From NCBI GenBank assembly GCA_030390025.1, contig CM059432.1, positions 34,226,001 to 34,290,000 of the forward strand: a stretch of DNA of 64,000 nt, in the 5' to 3' direction. The position numbers were made by a program, and so were the translations under genes. Positions 1 through 13,130 of this stretch are shown piece by piece. The notes under the pieces were generated by a model that was not told where the DNA came from, searched no databases, and saw nothing but the letters and a program-made list of their open reading frames with translations. The stretch is from Squalus acanthias (taxonomy: Eukaryota). Numbering within the stretch: the first letter of the stretch is position 1; each line of letters starts with the position of its first letter.

Positions 1-3000
1 GGAATGTATATTTATTGTAAATTATGTATTAATTCTTTAAATGCTAGCCATTGTTCATCCACTGTCATACCTTTTAATGTAGTTTCCCAATCTACCTTAG
101 CCAACTCACCTCTCATACCTACGTAGTTTGCCTTGTTTAGATTTAAGACCCTAGTTTCGGATTTAACTACGTCACTTTCAAACTCAATATAAAATTCTAT
201 CATATTATTGTCACTCTTCCCTAAAGGCCCCTTTACTACAAGGTTATTAATTAACCCTTTCTTGTTGCACAATACTAGATCTAAAATAACCTGTTCCCTA
301 GTTGGTTCCTCAACATACTGATCTAGAAAACTATCTTGCATACATTCCATGAATTTGTCATCCACACTATTACTGCAAATTTGGTTTGCCCAGTCTATAT
401 GTAGATTAAAGTCCCCCATGATTACTGTATTACCCTTGTTACAGCGCCTCTAATTTCCTGATTTATACCCTACCCTACATTACAACTATTGTTGAAGGGC
501 CTGTAAACAACTCCCACCAATGTTTTCTGCCCCTTGCTGCTTCTTAGCTACACCCAAACTGATTCTACTTCTTGATTTACGGAGCTAAGATCCTTTCTCT
601 CTACTGTCTTTATAAGAACATAAGAAATAGGAGCAGGAAAAGGCCATTCGGCCCTTCGAGCCTGCTCTGCCATTCAATGAGATCATGGCTGATCTTCTGC
701 CTCAATTCCATTCACCGTCTTTATCGCCATATCCCTTGATGCCCTTACTAGTCAGAAATCTATCGACTTCTGTTTTGAATATACCCAATGACTGAGCTGC
801 CACAGCCCTCTGGGGTAGAGAATTCCAAAGATTCACCACCCTCTGTGTGAAGAAATTTCTTCTCATCTCAGTCCTGAATGGCCTACCCTTTATCCTGAGG
901 CTGTGGCCCCTGGTTCTAGACTCCCCAGCCAAGGGAAACATTCTCCCAGCATCCACCCTATTAAGCCCTGTAATAATTTTATATGCTTCAATGAGATCCC
1001 CTCTCATTCTTCTGAATTCAAGAGAATACAGGCCTAGTTTACTCAATCTCTTCTCATATGACAGTCCCGCCATCCCAGGAATCAATCTCGTGAACCTCCG
1101 TTGCACTCCCTCTATGGCAAGTATATCTTTTCTTAAGTAAGGAGACCAAAATTCTACACAGTACTCTAGGTGTGGTCTCACCAAGGCCCTATATAATTGG
1201 AGTAAAACTTCTTTACTCCTGTACTCAAATCCTCTTGTAATGAAAGCCAGCCTTCCTAATGGCTTGCTGCACCTGCACATTCACTTTCAGTGACTCATGT
1301 ACAAGGACACCCAGACCCTTTGAGCATCTGCATTCCCCAATCTTTCACCATTTAGGAAATACTCTGCCTTTCTGTTATTTCTACCAAATTGGATAACTTC
1401 ACATTTATCCACATTATAATCCATCTGCCATGTTCTCGCCCACTCACTGAGCCTGTCGAGATCCCCTTGAAGCCTCTTCACATCCTCTTCACAACTGACA
1501 CTGCCACCTCGCTTTGTGTCATCAGCAAATTTGGAAATGTTACATTTAGTCCCCTCATCCAAATCATTGATATAGATTGTGAATAGCTGGGGCCCAAGCA
1601 CCGATCCTTGTGGTACCCCACTAGTCACAGCCTGCCATCCTGAAAAAGACCCGTTTATCCCTACTCTTTGTTTTCTGTCTGTTAACCAATTCTCAATCCA
1701 TGCTAGTATATTACCCCCAATTCCATGTGCCCTAATTTTGTTCACCAACCTCTTGTGTGGGACCTTATCGAAGGTCTTCTGAAAATCCAGATACACCACA
1801 TCTACCAGTTCCCCTTTGTCTACGCCACTAGTTACATCCTCAAAGAACTCCAATAGGTTTGTCAAACAGGATTTCCCTTTCATAAATCCATGTTGACTCC
1901 CGCCACCCCGCTTCATTAGTTTAAAACCCTGTCCACTGCCCTAGTTATTCGGTTCGCCAGGACACTGGTCCCAGCCCGGTTTAAGTGGTGCCCGTCCCAA
2001 CGAACAGCTCCCTCTTTCCCCAGTACTGGTGCCAGTGCCCCATGAACCGAAACCCCTTCCTCCCTCACCACTCTTTGAGCCACGCATTTAATCTATTAGT
2101 TTCTAAGTGCCCAGTTATTGCATCCTTTATAATAGATTCCAGCATTTTCCCAACTACTGATGTGAGGCTAACAGGTCTGTAGTTCCCTGTTTTCTCTCTC
2201 CCTCATTTCTTAAATAGCGGGGTTACATTTGCTATCCTCCAATCTGCAGGAACCGTTCCAGAATCTATAGAATTTTGGAAGATGACAACCAATGCATCCA
2301 CTATCCCAATGGCCACCTCTTTCAAAACCCTAGGATGTAGGTCATCCGGTCCTTGAGATTTATCGACTTTATCCCATCCTTTATTATCAGGGCTACCCCT
2401 CCTCCTTTTCCATTTTGCCTATCCCTTCTAAAAGTTATGTATCCTGGAATATTTAGTTCCCAACCGTGGCCACTTTGCAACCACATCTCCGTTATGGCTA
2501 TTAGATCAAACCTGTTAATTTCTATCTGCGCTATTAATTCATCTATTTTGTTGCGAATGCTTCGCGCATTCAGATATAGTACCTTTAGCTTTGACTTATT
2601 TGTCTTTTTCCCTGATGTCACCTTAGTCACTGATGCCTTATTACCTTTGTTACTCTCTCTGTCCCTTCCTGACCCACTCTGCTTATTTTTACCCAAAACT
2701 CTACTCTGCTCTAGAGCCTTGACATTTCTCTCGCTGCTTTTAAATTTACTCTTTCCTAAATCCTCCCGCCACCCCCCCCCCCCCCCCCCCCCCACCCCGC
2801 TTCATTAGTTTAAAACCCTGTCCACTGCCCTCGTTATTCGGTTCGCCAGGACACTGGTCCCAGCCCGGTTTAAGTGGCGCCCGTCCCAACGAACAGCTCC
2901 CTCTTTCCCCAGTACTGCTGCCAGTGCCCCATGAACTGAAACCCCTTCCTCCCACACCACTCTTTGAGCCACGCATTTAAACCTCTAATCTGTTTGTCCC

Positions 3001-3200
3001 TATGCCAATTTGCACGTGGCTCAGGTAACAATCCAGAGATTATTACCTTTGAGGTTCTGCTTTTTAATTTGGATCCTAGCTCCTCAAACTCCCTCAGCAG
3101 AACCTCATTCCTAGTTCTACCTATGACGTTGGTTCCTACGTAGACCACGACAACTGGATCCTCCCCCTCCCACTCCAAGTTCTTCTCCAGTCACGAGGAG
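1..3200 (-). mobile_element. CR1 LINE (ORF1 esterase 3' part plus ORF2 endonuclease), interrupted at 614-2366 and running off the window start
   Basis: ORF 2870-3178 is an SGNH esterase-like ORF1 (VVVYVGTN...VIISGLLPEP). ORF 2322-2795 has [14 protein letters not shown] and ORF 12-419 has [10 protein letters not shown] (APE endonuclease). The pieces rejoin across ctttat at 608-613 and 2367-2372. Confidence 0.9.
614..2366 (-). mobile_element. 5'-truncated CR1 LINE (RT plus 3' tail) nested in an older CR1
   Basis: ORFs 1287-1916 ([30 protein letters not shown]) and 702-1280 (LYRALVRPHLEYC). CR1 3' tail with (ttcttatg)-type end at about 614. Confidence 0.92.
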
Positions 3201-3204
3201 ATGT

Positions 3205-4185
3205 CTTTAATATTGGTGTATTTTGTGGCAAATTTTAATATGGATATGTTCCTGGTTTATTCTAATGTTGATGTGTTGCTGGTGTCTTATAGTATCAGTG
3301 TATTGCTGATAGATTTTATTATTGGTATGTTGCTAATGTATTTTAATATCTGGGTGATACTCTATATTTTCATATCAGTGTGCTGCTGATCTGTTTTAAA
3401 ATCGGTGTTTGATTTATTTTAATATTTGTATATTGAAGAGTTTACTGGTATATCTTGATAGTGATATTTAGCTGGTATTTTCATAGTGTGTTGGTATCTT
3501 TTAATATGGGATGGTGTTTGTACATCTATATTGGTGAGTCTGCTGGTATGCTTTAAGATTGGTGTGTTTGGCATGTTTTAATATTCATATCACCGGGATA
3601 TTTTAATGGTGTTTGACTGGTATATTTTCATGTTGTGCAGTTAGTATATTTTGATTTTGGTGTGTTGGAATATTTTAATATTGGAGTATTGCCAGTATAT
3701 TTTACTATTGATGAGAAGCTGATATATAGTGATGGTATGTTGGTATATTTTGATATTGGTGCATTGCTGGTATATTTTAATTTTAGTGTGTAGCTGCTAT
3801 ATTTTAATGTTGATAAGTTGCTGGTATATTTTAACGTTGGTGAGTTTTTCTATCAGTGTGTTACACGTATATGTTAGTATATTAGTTTTTTGCTGGTGTG
3901 CTTAACATCTGTATGTTGCTGGCACATTTTACTATTGATATGCTCCTGCAATATGCCAGTATTGATCTATTGCTGGTATATTTTATTATTGGTGTGTTGC
4001 AGGTAAATTTTAGTATTAATATGTTCCTGGTATATGTTAGTATTGATAAGTTCCTGCAATATGCCAGTATTGATCTGTTGCTGGTATGTTTTAGTATTGA
4101 TATGTTGTTGGTATATGCCAGTATTGATATGTTGCTGGTATGTTTTAGTATTGATATGTTGCGGGTATGTTTTACTTTTGCTAAA
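3205..4185. repeat. Degenerate 27-bp minisatellite (tagtattgatatgttgctggtatattt), block 1
   Basis: 27-bp periodicity, clearest at 3930-4170. It produces spurious ORFs with SIDMLLVxF repeats. Confidence 0.85.
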
Positions 4186-4189
4186 ACTA

Positions 4190-5145
4190 AATTGTTGTTC
4201 ACCATTTATATAAATGATTTGGACTCTGGAATCGGAGGTACAATTTCAAAATTTGCGGATGAAACCAAATTGGGGGATGTAGTTAATACAGAGGAGGACT
4301 GCGACTTAATACAGGAAGATATTAATAAACTTGCAGAATAGGCATGTAATTGGCAAATTAACTTCAATATAGATAAGTGTGAGGTAGTACGTTTTGGTAG
4401 GAAGAATAAGGATGCCCCATACTCCTTGGAAAATAAGTGACTGAATGGGGTAGAGGAACAGAGGGACCTGGGGTACAGATACACAAATCACGAAAAGTAA
4501 CGACACAGGTTAATAAGGCCATAAAAAAAGCAAAGCACTGAGGTTCATTTCTGGAGGGATAGAATTGAAAAGCAGATAAGTTATGTTAAACTTGTATAGA
4601 ACCTTGGTTAGATCACACTTGGAGTACTGTGAACAGTTCTGGTCTCCATATTATAAAAATGATATAGAGGCACTGGAGAAGGTGCAAAATTGATTTATTA
4701 GAATAATACCAGAACTGAGAGGTTATAGCTATCAAGAAAGATTGTACAGGTTGGGGCTCTTTTCTCTAGAAAAGAGAAGACTAAGGGGGTAACCTGATTA
4801 TGAAAGGGTTTGATAGGGTAGTCATGGAGAAGATGTTACCACTTGCAGCCGAGACCAGAACTAGGGGCCATAAATATAAGATAGTCACTAATAAATCCAA
4901 GAGGGAATTCAGGAGAAACTTTACCCAGAGAGTGGTTAGAATATGGAACTCACTACCACAGTGAGTAGTTGAGGAGAATAGCATAGATGCATTTAAGGGG
5001 AAGCTAGATAAGTACATGAGGGAGAAAGGAATAGAAGGACATGTTGATGGGGTTAGATGAAGTAGGGTGGGAGGAGGCTCGTGTGGAACATGGACCTGTT
5101 GGGCCGAATGGCCTGTTCCTGTGCTGTAAATACTGTGTAATATTA
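4190..5145 (+). mobile_element. CR1 LINE 3' fragment
   Basis: [12 protein letters not shown]...SKFADETKLG, a decayed RT C-terminus and the tail gggccgaatggcctgttcctgtgctgtaaa. Confidence 0.88.
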
Positions 5146-5700
5146 TGTATATTTCAGTATTGATATATTTCTGGTATATGTTTTGTATTGATATGTTGCT
5201 GGTATACTTTAGTATTGATATGATTCTAGTATATTTTAGTATTGCTATGATTCCGGTATATATTATCGATATATTATTGGTATATTTCAGTATTGGAGTG
5301 TTACAGGTATATGTTAGTATTGGTGTGTTGCTGGTGTATTTAGTATTGAGATGCAGCTGGTATATTTTCGTATTGGTGTCACTCGTATATTTAGTATTGG
5401 TATGCTGCAGATATATTTTAGTGTTGATACGTTTTGCTGATATATTTTAGTATTGATATGTTGATGGTAAATGTTGTATTGATATGTTGCTGGTCTATGT
5501 TAGTATTGGCATGTTGGTGGTAAATGTTGTATTGGTAACTTGATGGTATATGTCAGTATTGATATGTTGCTGGTATGTTTTAGCAATGGTTTGTCTACTT
5601 GCATCTTTATCATTGATTTTTTGCTGGTATATCTTAATGATGGTGTGTTGCGGGTATATTTTAATATTGGTACATTGTTGGTGTTTTTTAATGTTGGTTG
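5146..5700. repeat. 27-bp minisatellite, block 2
   Basis: Same unit and orientation as block 1. Confidence 0.8.
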
Positions 5701-5899
5701 TTACAGGTGTCGCAAGGGAGAAAAGGTACTTTGGCTTTTCACCTCCAATCTGGTCAGTTCTTTGAGGATATTCTATGTCATGTTTCTGCATTCATTTCCC
5801 TTCCTTCCTATCCTCTCTACCTCATTTAGACACAGGATTTAGACAAGTGTGTTAAAAGCAAGTTTTATTCACTACCAACATGTTTTCCTTGAGTGGGTA

Positions 5900-6055
5900 T
5901 AATTGTCGAAAGGGAATTAGATATATGCTTGAAAAGGAAAAAAAATGCAGGCCTATGGGGAAAGAGCGGGTGAGTGGGACTAATTGGAGAGCTCCTTTAA
6001 AGAGGCGGCACAGGCATGATGGGCCAAATGGCCTCCTTCTGTGCTGTATGATTCA
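5900..6055 (+). mobile_element. CR1 3' tail fragment
   Basis: ggctatggggaaagagcggg...gggccaaatggcctccttctgtgctgtatg. Confidence 0.75.
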
Positions 6056-6317
6056 TTAGAAATGGAACACTTTCTTGGCAAATGCATTAACTAATCTGCC
6101 TTACAATTCCTTCCATGATTCCTGCATGCATAGAGGTACAGAGTACAAAGTTCTGAACAAAATTAGTACAAGTTCTAACACCTTTGAGAGAGAGAAATCA
6201 ATTCAGGCCTCACCTATAATTATCAAATAAACAAACTATTTGATCAGGTAAGAGAAGATGATGAGGATTGAAACCCCAAATTTAAGGATGTTTTAGCCTG
6301 GTTTGCATAGTTTCCAC

Positions 6318-6475
6318 CTATGTTCCCTCTAATTTTTATTTTAGGTGCACGGTCCCTTTAAATTTGCTGTGCGGTATCTTTTCCAGTGTTGCAGCTGGTG
6401 ACCGGCCTGCGCGGGACCTCCCGATCGCTGCGCAGCTGCGTGGCCGCGTGGCCATGCAGCTTAGCGGAAACATTG
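6318..6475. mobile_element. hAT-type MITE, copy 1
   Basis: Ends ctatgttccctctaa and ttagcggaaacattg, with 8-bp TSD gtttccac on both sides. Confidence 0.85.
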
Positions 6476-6509
6476 GTTTCCACCCGACTAAACATCTTTG
6501 CAAGCATCT

Positions 6510-6935
6510 GAGCCTTGGCTCAGTGATAGCACTCTCATCTCTGAGTCATAAGAATGTAAGTTCGAGTCCCACTCTAGAGACTTGACCACAAAAATCGATG
6601 CTGACACTTCAATGCCATACTGAGGGAGTGCTGCACTGTCAGAGGTGCTGTTTTTCGGATGAGACGTTAAACCAAGGCTCTGTCTGCTCTTTCAAGTGGA
6701 CATAAAAAATTCCATGGCACTATTTTGATGAAGAGTGGGGGTGTCCTGACCAATATTTATCCCTCAACCAATATCACTAAACAGATTATCTGGTCATTAC
6801 TTCATTGCTGTTTGTGGGACCTTGCTGTGATCACACTGACTGTTATGTTTCCCTACATTACAACACTGACTACACTTCATTCGCTGGGAAGTCCTGAAGT
6901 CATGAAAGGTGCTATATAAATGCAAGTTATTTCTT
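6510..6935 (+). mobile_element. SacSINE1-like Deu-domain tRNA-SINE
   Basis: tRNA-like head (tggctcagtgatagca, gttcgagtcc), Deu core gatgagacgttaaacc...ccatggcac...ggtgtcctg, and tail gctatataaatgcaagt. Confidence 0.85.
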
Positions 6936-7894
6936 TGCTTATCGCCATAGAGTTCCTGCTTATATATCATGTCTAAATCCAGTCCTCCCCTCCTTATATG
7001 AATGATGGTACAATCCTTCCTTGATTTCCCTCTTTTAAAATAATGCTTTCTATGCTATTTTTGTTTTTGCATTCTCGCTCAGAGACACAAAAATAAAATA
7101 AAATCACCTGTCCCCAACCTTGAAGAGCACATTACAAAATAACCAAGGAATGCAAAACTTCAAATGCAGACTTTCCTTTGTCACATTGGTATATTTCAAT
7201 ACTGATGTATTCCTGGTATATTTTTATATTGGTGTCATTGGAAGATTTTAATATTAGTGTGTTGCTTTTAAAGCTTTCTTTTGATTTGTTGCTGGTACAT
7301 TATTATATTGGTCTGTTGATGGTTTATTGTGTTATTAACTGGTAGACCTCCCAAAGTATTGTTTGCAGCTAATCCAGAAGCTGGATTGTTCTTTCTGATG
7401 CTTTGCACAGTTGCGTGACAGGTTAAACACAACTTATCCATGGCTTAAATAAACTAAATTTATTCCAGTGATATGTCACACACTTGACAAAATATTAAAC
7501 ATGTTACAACTGCTAAAAGATACAAGTCTCACAGATACAATATTTATCATATAATTTACAGATCACTTTACAAAACTTTATTCTTCCTTCTCCAAAACAT
7601 CCTTGTCTCAGTTTTGTTTATTATGTTTATATTTTTGCTTGACCTACAACAATTGGTTTATAGGATTTGCTAAAGATGCAACTGCTTTATTTATTTTATT
7701 CATCCTTTCTCCCTCTCTAAAATCTTTTTTTCTCAGTTATGTACATGGTGATAAAGGGTATATTTTTGCTGTCCTTTACTTCCCAAGTTGTATTTGGCAG
7801 TTCTTTCTAAAACTGCCCTTGGTGTACCATTCCAACAGGGAGGATATTTGACTCTGCAATTACCAGATTCTTGAACTTGTGAACCATGTTTAAT

Positions 7895-8340
7895 GGGCAA
7901 CACGGTGGCATAGTGGTTAGCACTGGTGCCTCACAGCGCCAGAGACCCGGGTTCGAATCTGACCTCGGGTGACTGTCTGTGTGGAGTTTGCACATTCTCC
8001 CCGTGTCTGCGTGGGTTTCCTCCGGGTGCTCCGGTTTCCTCCCACAGTCCAAAAATGTGCGGGTTAGGTTGATTTGGCTATGATAAATTGACCCTTAGTG
8101 TTAGGGGGGGATTAAATATGTGGGGTTATGGGGATAGGATGGGATATGTTAGGGGGAATTAAATACGTGGGGTTACGGGGGTAGGGTGGGATATGTGTAC
8201 TGTGGGGATTAAAGCAGGGACAGGGTACTGGATTTGGATGATCAGCCATGATCGTATTGAATGGTGGAGCAGGCTCGACGGGCCGAATGGCCTACTCCTG
8301 CTCCTAGATTCTATGTTTCTATGTTTCTATGTTTCTATGT
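7895..8340 (+). mobile_element. HE1-type V-SINE
   Basis: tRNA head, V-domain tgtgtggagtttgcacattctccccgtgtctgcgtgggtttcctccggg, CR1-derived tail ending (tttctatg)n. Confidence 0.92.
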
Positions 8341-9189
8341 GATAAAGACTTGGACGATTGACTCACGTCAGCCAGTGTCGAAACTCAGCATCAAAGAACC
8401 TCATAAACATCCTTTTCAACCCAATCAGTCCCTTTCAACAGCACAAAAAACCTCACGCCAAGCAACATTTGAGTTAAGAATTGTTATTTAAACTGTATAA
8501 AACAATTAAAAATATGATATCTTTCCATCATTTCCACCCACCCTTTCACATCTTGCCATTATTTGTGAATTTTGTCTCATGTGACACCATTTCTCTGGTA
8601 TACTCTGGGTATTGTAGTTCCACATGAGCAGGGTGAAAACAACTCCCATGATGCATCTCTCTCTCACATACAGAAGTTGTCCACAGAAGCTTGAAATCCC
8701 CAGCACCCAAGGCTCAGGTGAAATTTCCAACTCTGGGACTGAAGCAGAACTCAAGCCCTAGGCCAGAGAAAAAGGGGCAGGCCTCTGCGGAGGAACCATC
8801 TAACAGGGATTTCTAACATTAAGTGATTAATTTTATTGGTAAGTTTAATTATTTTAGTGTGAATTATTCAACCTTATTTTGAAGTAATTCTTACATTGCA
8901 AATGTTAATTTATGCAGCTAAATATTCGGCTGGGCCAGCAATCTGAAATGGCAGTGGAACCATTCTGAGAAAACAAATTGAATAATATGATTAAGTGATT
9001 TCTAATGCTTAACTGTTTTTATGTGTAGTCTTGGTATGGGATTTTTACATCAATGAATCATTCTGGTAAAATTCTTCATTTTATCTAATCTGAAAAGTGT
9101 GTCCCTTAATTTTTAACCTTCAGCCTTATTTCAGTGTGCCAATCCATACATTTAATGTTACATGCTTAATTCAGACTTTTCTTTAAGCA

Positions 9190-9520
9190 TGTGTTTCTAG
9201 TGTATTTCAATGTCAGTGAGTTGCTGGTACATTTTAATCTAGGTGTGTCTCTGGTACCTTTCAATGTTGGTGTCTATTTTAAGCTTGGAGCATTGATAGT
9301 ATATTTTGAAACTGGTGTGTTGTTGGTACATTTTACTATTGGAGCATTGCTGGTATAATTTGGCTTTGGTGTGTTGCTATAGTTCAATGTTCATGTACAA
9401 CTGGTATATTTGACTATTGGTATATTTTTATGTTGGTTTGTTCTCCATACACTTCAGCATTGGTCCATTATTGGTATATTTTAATGTTGACAATTTTCTG
9501 GTATATGTTGGCATTATGTG
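9190..9520. repeat. 27-bp minisatellite, decayed block
   Basis: Units such as tattggagcattgctggtataattt, same orientation. A further decayed block lies at about 7185-7330. Confidence 0.6.
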
Positions 9521-9965
9521 TAGCTGGTAGAGACGATTATAGCACAGAAGGAAGCCATTCAGCCCATTATATCTGTGGTTCTTTGTGGAAACAATCCAAA
9601 ACTAATCATGCTGCCCTGCTCTCATCATTGATCTTTATCTTCTATATATCCAGTTTTCCCATTAAAGATAATGATCTCTGCCTCAACTACTCCCTACAGC
9701 AAATTCCATTCACCAACAGCCTTCCGTATAAAGACATTTCTGCTAATCCCTTTTCTCACTCAGTTACAATTTTAAGTTGATGATCTCTCATGACTGACAC
9801 ACAACCATAGCAAATAGTCTTTCCCTGTTCACCCAATCAGAAACCTTTATCATTTTAAACTCCCATATTAAGACTCCTCTTAGATTCTCTGCTCCAGTGG
9901 AAATAGTCCCAGTATCTCCACTCTTCCCACATAATCAAAGTTTCTTATCCTGGTATCATACCAGA
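9520..9965 (-). mobile_element. Old CR1 3' fragment
   Basis: Reverse-complement tail (agcacagaaggaagccattcagccc) plus decayed RT C-terminus. Confidence 0.6.
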
Positions 9966-9989
9966 CTCCTCCATCTTCATCCCCAAGTA

Positions 9990-11800
9990 AGTAAGTCCTG
10001 TCCTACCAGCCGAATAGATGGAGGAGACGCAGTAGTACACAGTCAGGAGGGAGTGGCTCTGGGAGTCCTCAACATTGAATCCAGCTCCCATGAAGTCTCA
10101 TAGCTTCAAGTCAAATATGGCAAGGAAACTGCTGGTCACCACCTAGCCCAAACTAATGAATCAGTAATCCTCCATGCTGAGCATCACTTGCAGGAGGCAC
10201 TGAGGGAAGCAAAGGTACAGATTGTACTCTGGGTGGGGGAACTTCAATATTGGCTCGATAGTACCACCGCTGACTGAGTCCTGAAAGACTTAGCAACCAG
10301 ACTGGGCCTACATCACGTGCTAAGGGAACCAATATAAAAGAGAGTAACTCACTTGACCAAATCCTTACTAATGTCACCATCACATCTGTCCAAAATAACA
10401 TTGGTAGGAGTGACCACCACACAATAGTGTGAAGGCAAAGTCTCACCTCCACAGTAAAGACATCCTCTATCATGTAATGTAGTACCTCCACTGTGCTAAG
10501 TAGGACAGACTAAGAACAAACCTGGCAGCACAGAACAAGGTATCATGACGCACTGTAGGCTATCAGTAGCCTAGCACCTCCCTCACTCCTCCATTGCCAT
10601 CATGGCCGGAGACCAATCCTGACTCAAGTGGATTGTAGAATGGTGTGCCAGGAAGAACAAGAACTTTCAAATGAGGTACCAATCTAGTGAAGCTCCAACA
10701 CAGGGCTACCTGCATGATTAATGTCAAATGCAGCATGTAATAGACAGAGCTAAGGAGTCCCACAACCAACAGATCAGAGTAAAGCTCTGTAGCCCAACCA
10801 CATCCAGTAAAACTTGCATTTATATAGCGCCTTTCACGACCACTGGGCGTCCCAAAGCGCTTTACAGCCAATGAAGTACTTTTGAAATGTAGTCACTGTT
10901 GTAATGTAGGAAACGCAGCAGCCAATTTGCTCCCACAAACAGCAATGTGATAATGACCAGATAATCTGTTTTTAGTGATGTTGATTGAGGGATAAATATT
11001 GGCCAGGACACCAGGGATAACTCCCCTGCTCTTCTTCAAAATAGTGTCATAGGATCTTTTACATCCACAGAGGGCAGATGGGGCCTCGGTTTAACATTTC
11101 ATCCGAAAGACGGCACCTCCAACAGTGCAGCACTCCCTCAGTACAATAGTGCGGTAATTGGCCAAATTATCCCGTTTTTTGTGGATCGGACATAAGCTGG
11201 GCATTTTCTACATTGTCAGGTATATTCCAGTGCCACAGTTGTATTGGAAGAGTCAGTCAACAATTATGGGAGACAATCAGGCTCCATGAACATCCTCATC
11301 CTCAATCAGTATCCAATTGGTACTTTTAGCTAAAGATGCTTGCAAACATTTAGCCTTGTCTTTTGCACTCGCAACTGGACTCCACCATAACACCCAACAC
11401 ATGAGTGTAAGAGATGAGACTAATGTATTTGCAAGCACCTTTAGTGAAAAGTGCCAAGTTGATGATCCTACTTGACCTCCTCCCGAGGTCCCCTCAATTA
11501 TGGATGACAGTCAAATTGGTTCACTCCACTTGATAGGAAACACCTGATATAGTAAAGGCTATGGGTCCTGGCAACATCTAGACTACAGTGCTGAAGACCT
11601 GCACACCAGAAATAGTTATGCATTAAGCCAAGCTCTTCCAATGCAACTGTGGATCTGGAATGTACCTGACAATGTAGAAAATGCCCAGGTTATGTCCTAT
11701 CCACAAAAAAAACCAGGATCATTTGGCCAATTACCACCCTATCAGGCTCCTTCCAATAATCAACAGTGATGGATGGAGTCAACAGTGCCATCAAGTAGCA
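9990..11800 (+). mobile_element. Decayed CR1/L2-group LINE (endonuclease to pre-RT region), interrupted by a SINE
   Basis: Degraded coding remnants: LWVGxFN, IGRSDHHT, KAMGPGNI, and LCPIHKK...LANYHPIRLL (ORF 11681-11866). Confidence 0.7.
10810..11145 (-). mobile_element. SacSINE1-like Deu-SINE (5' truncated)
   Basis: Reverse complement of the 6510-6935 family. Confidence 0.85.
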
Positions 11801-11819
11801 AATTTAACTTCTCTGTTCA

Positions 11820-12895
11820 TAAAGGGAGAAACTATAGACCATCAACTTCACATCAATTGTGGGTAAATGTCTAGAATCCATAATATGGGATAAAATGAAT
11901 ACTCACTTAGGAAGATATGAGTCTATTAAGACAGTCAGCATGGACTTTTAAAAGGCAAGTCATGCCTGACAAATTTAATAGAGTTCTTTGATGAAATAAC
12001 AAAGGTATTAATAAAGGAAATTCAGTAGATGTTGTCTATTTAGATTAAAAGGCCTTTGATAAGGTGTGACTTGGGAGGCTTCTTGATCAAGTTAAGGCAC
12101 ATAATATTAAAGGGAATAGGAAGCTAATAAGAAATAGAATAGAGAGTAGTGGCTAATGGATCTTTTTTCAACCTTTTACACAGCCAGTTGTTATGATCTG
12201 AATTACCTGAAAGGGTGGTGGAAACAGATTCAATAATAACTTTCAAAAAGGATTTGGATAAATACTTGAAAAGGGAAAAAATTGTAGGCCTATGGGGAAA
12301 GGGCAGGGAAATGGGACTAATTAGATCGCTCTTTCAAAGAGCCGCCACAGGCACAATGGGCCGAATGGCCTCCTTCTGTGCTGTATCATTCTATGAACTG
12401 GAGGAATGTAAACAAAGCTGCCCCAGGGGCCATTGTTGGGACTATTATTCCTTTTAATACATATAAATAATCTGGACTAGGATACAGGGGATGATATCAA
12501 TATTTGAAAATGACACAAAATTACGGAGAATGATTAACCATGAAGAGGACCGTAAGCAATTTCAAGACAACACAAGTTAATAGATTGGGTAGATAGATGC
12601 CTTATGAAATTTAATGCAGGAAAATGCAAGATGGTAAAGTTTGGGAGGAAGAATAAGGAGAGACTTAGGTGTTCAGAAATACCAATCTTTAAAAGTAGGA
12701 GGACAAGTTGACAAAGTTATAAATAAAGCTGTATGGGAATATAAATTTTATAAATAGGGTGCTGAGTACAAAAGAAAAGCAGAGATGTTAAATCTATAGA
12801 GGTCATGGGTTAGGCTGCCGTTAATGTTGTGTCCAGATTTGGGCATGTTACTTTAGAAAGGATGGCAAGGCCATGGAAATGGTACAGATGATGTG
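11820..12895 (+). mobile_element. Decayed CR1 RT region with a nested CR1 tail (about 12170-12395)
   Basis: cagcatggacttttaaaaggcaagtcatgcctgacaaatttaatagagttctttg ([14 protein letters not shown]), AFDKV-like sequence and an inserted 3' tail. Confidence 0.75.
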
Positions 12896-13130
12896 TATTG
12901 ACATAGTGCTATGTTGCTGGTATATTTTAGTATTGATGTGGTGTTGGTATATTTGAATATTTGTATGTTGCTGGTATATTTTAGCATTGATAGATTACTG
13001 GTATACTTTAGTATTGATATGTTGCTGGTATAATTTAATGCTACTGTGTTGCTGGCATGTTTATATATTGGTATGTTGCTGGTATATTTTAGTATTTTTT
13101 AATACGGATATATTGTCAGTATATATTGTG
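12895..13130. repeat. 27-bp minisatellite block
   Basis: tagtattgatatgttgctggtata units, same orientation as block 1. Confidence 0.8.

Noticed and set aside
3882..5842. Hydrophobic repeat ORFs (SIDMLLVYF), also at 15547-16213, as membrane proteins
   Set aside because: They are by-products of the 27-bp (9-codon) minisatellite, with frequent stops and no splice structure.
7895..7970. tRNA genes at SINE heads (also 31057 and 49249)
   Set aside because: The A/B boxes continue directly into SINE body and LINE-derived tail, so these are not standalone tRNAs.
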